A stretch of DNA of 64,000 bases from an uncultured Candidatus Saccharibacteria bacterium (lineage in GTDB: Bacteria; Patescibacteriota; Minisyncoccia; Phycocordibacterales; CAZPGN01), in the NCBI GenBank assembly GCA_964586635.1, contig CAZPGN010000002.1, positions 17,368-81,367 of the forward strand, given 5' to 3'. The position numbers and the translations under genes are program-made. Position 1 is the first letter of the stretch; every line of letters starts with the position of its first letter. The notes beneath the pieces were generated by a model. That model searched no databases. It was not told the DNA's origin and saw nothing but the letters and a program-made list of their open reading frames with translations. Below, in pieces: positions 59,103 through 64,000 of the stretch.

Positions 59103-59823
59103 TTATTCTTTTCGCTCTGTGCAATAAGCGATCATTTGTGAAAGTAACTCTGTACGATCAACCGCGCCACCCGCTAGATTGTGTGTTGCGTCTTTTATTT
59201 CACACACAAGTCGTTCTCGTGCCGATGTGGCGCCGGCAATAATTTTATCTTGAGACTCCTTGGGTACTATGGTATCATCCGTGCCTCGAATAAACACAAA
59301 TGTTCCGCTGTAGGATTGTAACGACGATAGAAGATTCTTTTCGTTCGGCATAGTTGAAAGAAGCGGCTTAGTGGTCGTCGAGCTCTTTCCACAACCACTT
59401 CCGATCATAATGACCGACTCGGCTTTTTGTAATAATTCGGGCAAAGCAAGAAGGAGTGTCCCGCCAAATGAGTTGCCAACAATGATAATCCTGTGCTCGT
59501 CGGAAATGAACCCTTCTCGCACGCACGCAGTAAACCCTCTTTCTATATCTTCGCACTCTTGTTCAAATGTTTTACCCGTAAATGCTTCAGGAATGTCGAG
59601 CGACAAAGCCCCATCCAATCGAGCAGTGTTGATGCATATAAAGTTATAGGAGCTTTTGCGGGCTGAAATAAGTGATACATCCCACGAATCGGACGCATCA
59701 GGGTTATGTAATCCATATATACCCTTTAGAAGTACGACTGTGTTAGCGCTTGGCTGTAACGATTCATACCAAAAAACTTCTATTGGCAGCGAATGAAAAG
59801 ATGATGAGAGAGAACTTTTTCAT
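59103..59823 (-). pseudogene. Alpha/beta hydrolase with an apparent 1-nt frameshift right after the start codon
   Basis: GNSFGG, DTIVP, ATH motifs; the frame is open to 59819 but the ATG at 59823 is off-frame by one base in an A5 run. Confidence 0.6.
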
Positions 59824-59904
59824 GCGTATATTGTAACAAAAAAATCCCCCGACTGTCTCAAACTCGGAGACAATCAGGGGGCGTTCAACGAAACTCAGGT
59901 TTTG

Positions 59905-59932
59905 GGATGAAGGGGTCAGGAGCCTTCATTTT
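59905..59932. repeat. 28-bp REP-like element, copy 2
   Basis: Identical to 41511-41538. Confidence 0.85.
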
Positions 59933-60094
59933 CTCTGCCCACTACGATCAACACGGTCTTCCTGTGGGTCTTTTTTGTTTATGATATACTTGTAATCGAC
60001 GAAGTCTTTACTCGTCGGTACTTAAGGAATATCAAAAAATATCCGCCAAAAACGAAATGAAAAAAAGTGGGGGGGGATTGAATTATCTTGATAT

Positions 60095-60406
60095 ATGCCC
60101 ATTGAGTCTTCGAAAAGTAGTGAATCCGTTGAATCCGAGATTGAGTTGACGCGCCTGGATGTTGCCGCCGAGCTTGTCCGCGCTCGAGAGGATTTGGCGA
60201 CTTTTAAGAACGAGATGGCGACAGGGGAAGCAGATCGTGAATTTTTGAAGAAGCGCATTATTGCGCTTCGAGAGGAAGGTCTTTTTTCCACGCCGATGAA
60301 TGATATCGTAGCACGCATAGAGGGAGCGGATGAAGTGTGGCGGAACATACAGTCGTGTGCCGAAGAAATTTTAAATCCTGAAAACCATGCCGAGTCCCCT
60401 CGTTGA
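60095..60406 (+). CDS. Acidic helical hypothetical protein
   Basis: 103-aa ORF in the intergenic space; may continue in the +1 frame to 60551. Confidence 0.6.
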   Translation: MPIESSKSSESVESEIELTRLDVAAELVRAREDLATFKNEMATGEADREFLKKRIIALREEGLFSTPMNDIVARIEGADEVWRNIQSCAEEILNPENHAESPR

Positions 60407-60620
60407 GCTCGCGATGAATCGTCTCGCAACAGGGAAAAGCCTTTCACCGAAAGAAGAGCTGGAACTCCTTCGTTTGTTCCTTGCGAGTCTCCGCAGTCTG
60501 CGCGCCGACCTAAAAGAGGCGCGCCGCATGTCGTTCATGGCCTCGCGATAAATTCATTAATCTTACGAATGCGCGCGAGCTTTCCACTTTTTGATTTATG
60601 TAGTATAATTCTACAATTCT

Positions 60621-62528
60621 ATGGCCGCAAAAAAGCCAAAGCAGTCTGGATCTTCGCTTAAACAGTTCAGCAATCATCTTGTTGCCGCGCTGCTCATTTT
60701 TTTGTTGATTACTGGTCTCTATTCATTTTTAATCGAAAGCGCGCAAATCAAGGAAGAAATCCCCTTATCTCAAGTTGCCGCCGATATCATTTCTGGACAG
60801 GTTCGGCAGATTACGGTGCGCGGTGATCAGCTCGATATAGTTTTCTCTGATGAATTAACGAAGCGATCCAAGAAGGAGGCCGAAAGCTCATTTTCGGAGA
60901 CTCTTGCGGCGTATGGTATTACGCCGCAGATGCTTGCCGATGTCATAATTCGCGTTGAAAATGAGTCCGGATTTGCCTTCTGGTTTTTCAACCTCCTCCC
61001 CATTATCATTCCTCTTATTGTCGTGCTTTTCTTTTTTTGGTTTTTGTCTCGACAGGTTCGGTCGTCCGGCATGCAGGCGTTTACCTTCGGTCAATCTAAG
61101 GCGCGCATTGTCGACCCTGGAGACAAGAAGCAGAAAATTACATTCAAAGATGTCGCTGGCAATGAAGAGGCAAAGGAAGAGCTCAAAGAGATTGTTGATT
61201 TCTTAAAAAACCCCAAAAAGTTTTTAGACATCGGTGCCCGCATTCCAAAGGGCGTTCTTCTTATGGGTCCGGCTGGATCTGGAAAAACACTTCTTGCGAG
61301 AGCCGTCGCTGGTGAAGCAGGAGTGCCATTCCTCTATCTGTCGGGTTCGGAATTTGTCGAGCTCTTTGTTGGTGTTGGGGCATCGCGCGTGCGGAGCCTG
61401 TTTGAGATGGCGAAAAAATCATCCCCCGCGATCATTTTCATTGACGAGATCGATGCGGTTGGGCGGCATCGCGGCAGTGGATTGGGTGGAGGTAACGATG
61501 AACGAGAGCAGACGCTCAATCAGATCCTTGTTGAGATGGACGGTTTCGAGCCGAACGAAAAAATCATAGTGCTGTCTGCGACAAACCGCCCGGATGTTTT
61601 GGACCCCGCATTGCTTCGTCCCGGACGATTTGACCGCCGTGTTGTTATTGATTTACCCGATCTAAAAGACCGCGAAGCAATACTCAATGTGCATGCCGGA
61701 AGCAAGAAACTTGCGGAGGATGTGGATCTCACCGTAACGGCGGAGAGAACACCAGGATTTTCGGGCGCCGACCTCGCAAATCTCATTAATGAAGCGGCAA
61801 TTCTTGCGGCGCGCGAGAATCGCTCCTCGGTTAGCCAATATGACCTCATTCGTTCCATAGAAAAAGTGATGCTTGGCCCCGAGCGCAAAAGCCATATTTT
61901 CAGCGAACGTGAAAAGGAAATCGTCGCGTACCACGAGACAGGGCACGCGCTCGTCGCCTCGGTGCTCGAATATGCCGACCCTGTTCATAAAGTAACGATT
62001 ATCTCGCGCGGGCGGGCGGGCGGCTATACCCTGAAGCTCCCCCTCGAAGAACGCAGGCTCAAATCGCACAATGAATTTTTGGACGACATTGCAAGCTTGA
62101 TGGGCGGCTATGCCGCGGAAAAAATGGTATATGGGGACATTACGACCGGCCCCTCCAATGACATATCCGTGGCGACGGCTATCGCGCGAGATATGGTTAT
62201 GAAATATGGAATGTCCGAGAAAGTGGGACCGGTTTCATTCGACGAAACGACCTTTAGCCCGTATTTCGGCAGAGGGGCATTCAGTGAGAAAAATTACTCC
62301 GAGGAATATGCGGCTCGCATCGATGGGGAAGTGAAATCGGTCATGGAAGAGGGTTTCAGCCGCGCGCGCACCGTGCTTGAGAAGCACAAAGACGCGCTCG
62401 ATGCCATCGCGAAGAAGCTGAAAGAAGTGGAGACGCTGGAACGAAAAGAATTTGAAGAACAGCTTATCCTTCATGGCATCGAACCGAAGCGGAAAAAGGA
62501 AGGTGCGATCCTGGGGGGATTGGTTTGA
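60621..62528 (+). CDS. ftsH: ATP-dependent zinc metalloprotease FtsH
   Basis: Two TM helices, [26 protein letters not shown]. Confidence 0.99.
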   Translation: MAAKKPKQSGSSLKQFSNHLVAALLIFLLITGLYSFLIESAQIKEEIPLSQVAADIISGQVRQITVRGDQLDIVFSDELTKRSKKEAESSFSETLAAYGITPQMLADVIIRVENESGFAFWFFNLLPIIIPLIVVLFFFWFLSRQVRSSGMQAFTFGQSKARIVDPGDKKQKITFKDVAGNEEAKEELKEIVDFLKNPKKFLDIGARIPKGVLLMGPAGSGKTLLARAVAGEAGVPFLYLSGSEFVELFVGVGASRVRSLFEMAKKSSPAIIFIDEIDAVGRHRGSGLGGGNDEREQTLNQILVEMDGFEPNEKIIVLSATNRPDVLDPALLRPGRFDRRVVIDLPDLKDREAILNVHAGSKKLAEDVDLTVTAERTPGFSGADLANLINEAAILAARENRSSVSQYDLIRSIEKVMLGPERKSHIFSEREKEIVAYHETGHALVASVLEYADPVHKVTIISRGRAGGYTLKLPLEERRLKSHNEFLDDIASLMGGYAAEKMVYGDITTGPSNDISVATAIARDMVMKYGMSEKVGPVSFDETTFSPYFGRGAFSEKNYSEEYAARIDGEVKSVMEEGFSRARTVLEKHKDALDAIAKKLKEVETLERKEFEEQLILHGIEPKRKKEGAILGGLV

Positions 62529-62561
62529 TGCGTCCTCTTTTATTTCTTATACTCTGAATAT

Positions 62562-62633
62562 CCGTCCGTAGCTCAATGGTAGAGCAGTCGCCTTATACGC
62601 GATTGGTTGTAGGTTCGAGTCCTACCGGACGGA
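62562..62633 (+). tRNA. tRNA-Ile with UAU anticodon
   Basis: Acceptor CCGTCCG/CGGACGG-A, D-arm GCTC/GAGC, anticodon arm GTCGC-CT TAT AC-GCGAT, T-arm GTAGG-TTCGAGT-CCTAC. Confidence 0.92.
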
Positions 62634-62669
62634 CAGGCATTTGCAAACATATCGAATCAAAGGCCCATC

Positions 62670-64000
62670 CTATTCAAAATGGGCAGTTGATGATGGGGAG
62701 GATATTCTTTCTTTCTGCAGGGGATGTTCTTTAAGGTCGGGGTCTTCGTCAAGTAGACGCGATGCTTCCGACCGCGCCGCCTCGACCAATTTCAAATTTC
62801 GTATCGCTTCCATGCCGATGTCGGAAATTCCCCATTGCTTTCGGCCAGAGAGTTCCCCGGCTCCTCTCTGTGTCAAATCGAGTTCCGCGAGCTCGAATCC
62901 ATTCTTTGCGGTTACAAGCGCGCGCAAGCGCGCGTTCGTTTTTGCGTTTCCGGAATCGGTGAATAGATAGCAATATGCCTGGTGCGAACTGCGGAGAACT
63001 CGCCCTCGAAGTTGATGCAGTTGAGCAAGACCAAATCGTTCTGCTCCCTCAATGATGATGCAGGTTGCGTTTGGCACATTGACGCCGACCTCAACGACTG
63101 ATGTCGCAACGAGAATGTGCAACTCGCCCGCGGTGAATCGCGCCATCACCGCTTCTTTATCTTTTGGCTTGAGTTTGCTGTGAACAAGTCCGATGGCAAA
63201 TTCGGGAAAGATTTTCTCTCTCAACCGCTCCAGTTCTCTTGTTGCGGAGCGGAGATTAAGGGCGGGCTCTCTTGACTCGTCGGGATCGTCGATTCTCGGA
63301 CAAATGACATATGCTTGCCGTCCGCGGACCAATTCTTCCCGTATGCGCTGATATACTTCGTCACGGCCTGATGGAGTGACGACCCGCGTCGTTACCGGCT
63401 TGCGGCCTTTCGGCATATCGTCGAGAAGTGTGAGGTCGAGGTCTCCGAAAATAGTGAGCGCGAGCGTGCGGGGAATTGGCGTAGCGGTCATCGATAGGAG
63501 GTGTGGCACACGGGAATCTTTTCGGACGAGAGAATTTCGCTGTGCGGTTCCGAATCGATGCTGTTCGTCAATAATGGCAAGTGCGAGATTCTTAAATCTG
63601 ATATGTTTTTGAATGAGTGCGTGCGTGCCAATAACAATAGGTATTTCACCGTTCGCAACCCAGTCAATAAGTTTCTTTTTTGAAATATGTGTTGAGTTCA
63701 CGGGATCTATTTTTGAGGGATACTTGCGACATTCCGAACCCGTAAAAAGGCCTACTGGTATGCCAAGGTGATGAAAATATGAAGTGAACGAGGCGAAATG
63801 CTGACGGGCGAGTATTTCGGTCGGCGCCATATAGGCGATTTGAAGCCACGCGCCTGGTTTTTTTTCTGACGCGACGATTGCATGCGCAATCGTCGCGGCG
63901 ACTGCAGTTTTTCCAGAACCAACATCGCCCTCTAGGAGGCGACACATTGGTCGGTCTTTTCCAATATCTTCCAAAATCGTTTCGATTGAGCGTTTTTGGG
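62670..64000 (-). CDS. recG: ATP-dependent DNA helicase RecG (5' part outside the window)
   Basis: GDVGSGKT, IDEQHRFG, MTATPIPRTL, AERFGLAQLHQLRGRV. Confidence 0.97.
   Translation of the reverse strand, partial: QKRSIETILEDIGKDRPMCRLLEGDVGSGKTAVAATIAHAIVASEKKPGAWLQIAYMAPTEILARQHFASFTSYFHHLGIPVGLFTGSECRKYPSKIDPVNSTHISKKKLIDWVANGEIPIVIGTHALIQKHIRFKNLALAIIDEQHRFGTAQRNSLVRKDSRVPHLLSMTATPIPRTLALTIFGDLDLTLLDDMPKGRKPVTTRVVTPSGRDEVYQRIREELVRGRQAYVICPRIDDPDESREPALNLRSATRELERLREKIFPEFAIGLVHSKLKPKDKEAVMARFTAGELHILVATSVVEVGVNVPNATCIIIEGAERFGLAQLHQLRGRVLRSSHQAYCYLFTDSGNAKTNARLRALVTAKNGFELAELDLTQRGAGELSGRKQWGISDIGMEAIRNLKLVEAARSEASRLLDEDPDLKEHPLQKERISSPSSTAHFE

Noticed and set aside
59015-60600. Integrated element at the ssrA 3' end
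   Set aside because: No integrase and no duplicated tmRNA 3' end (att site) were found by eye.

Overview
Mostly core-chromosome DNA from a small-genome bacterium, very probably CPR/Patescibacteria (Parcubacteria-like). This rests on the missing rpmD/L30 in the spc cluster, near-absence of Shine-Dalgarno motifs on core genes, split comEC and a chromosomal VirD4-like ATPase. TGA is used as a stop, so the code is standard table 11. The window holds recJ (partial), comEC, the str/S10/spc ribosomal genes, secA, murB, gatB, rnj, secG, groESL, secY-adk-map-ndk, infC-rpmI-rplT, tgt, smpB-ssrA, ftsH, one tRNA and recG (partial). The str/S10/spc cluster is interrupted twice: a VirD4-like gene sits between fusA and tuf, and about 24 kb separate rplE from rpsN. 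The most notable observation is an AT-rich NYN/LabA (PIN-fold) RNase gene coupled to secA, whose 3' end is overlapped by an antisense ~55-nt hairpin RNA with its own promoter and terminator (candidate RNA-antitoxin system). Others are a RelE-like toxin fused in frame to RNase HI, a tRNA-Ile with UAU anticodon, and an unannotated 42-aa histone-H1-like gene. There are also several promoter-plus-terminator-bounded candidate ncRNAs, DnaA-box-like arrays in front of accessory promoters, and REP/MITE-like palindromes. No CRISPR array, rRNA, integrase or transposase was seen. All family calls come from motif recognition by eye; no searches were run.
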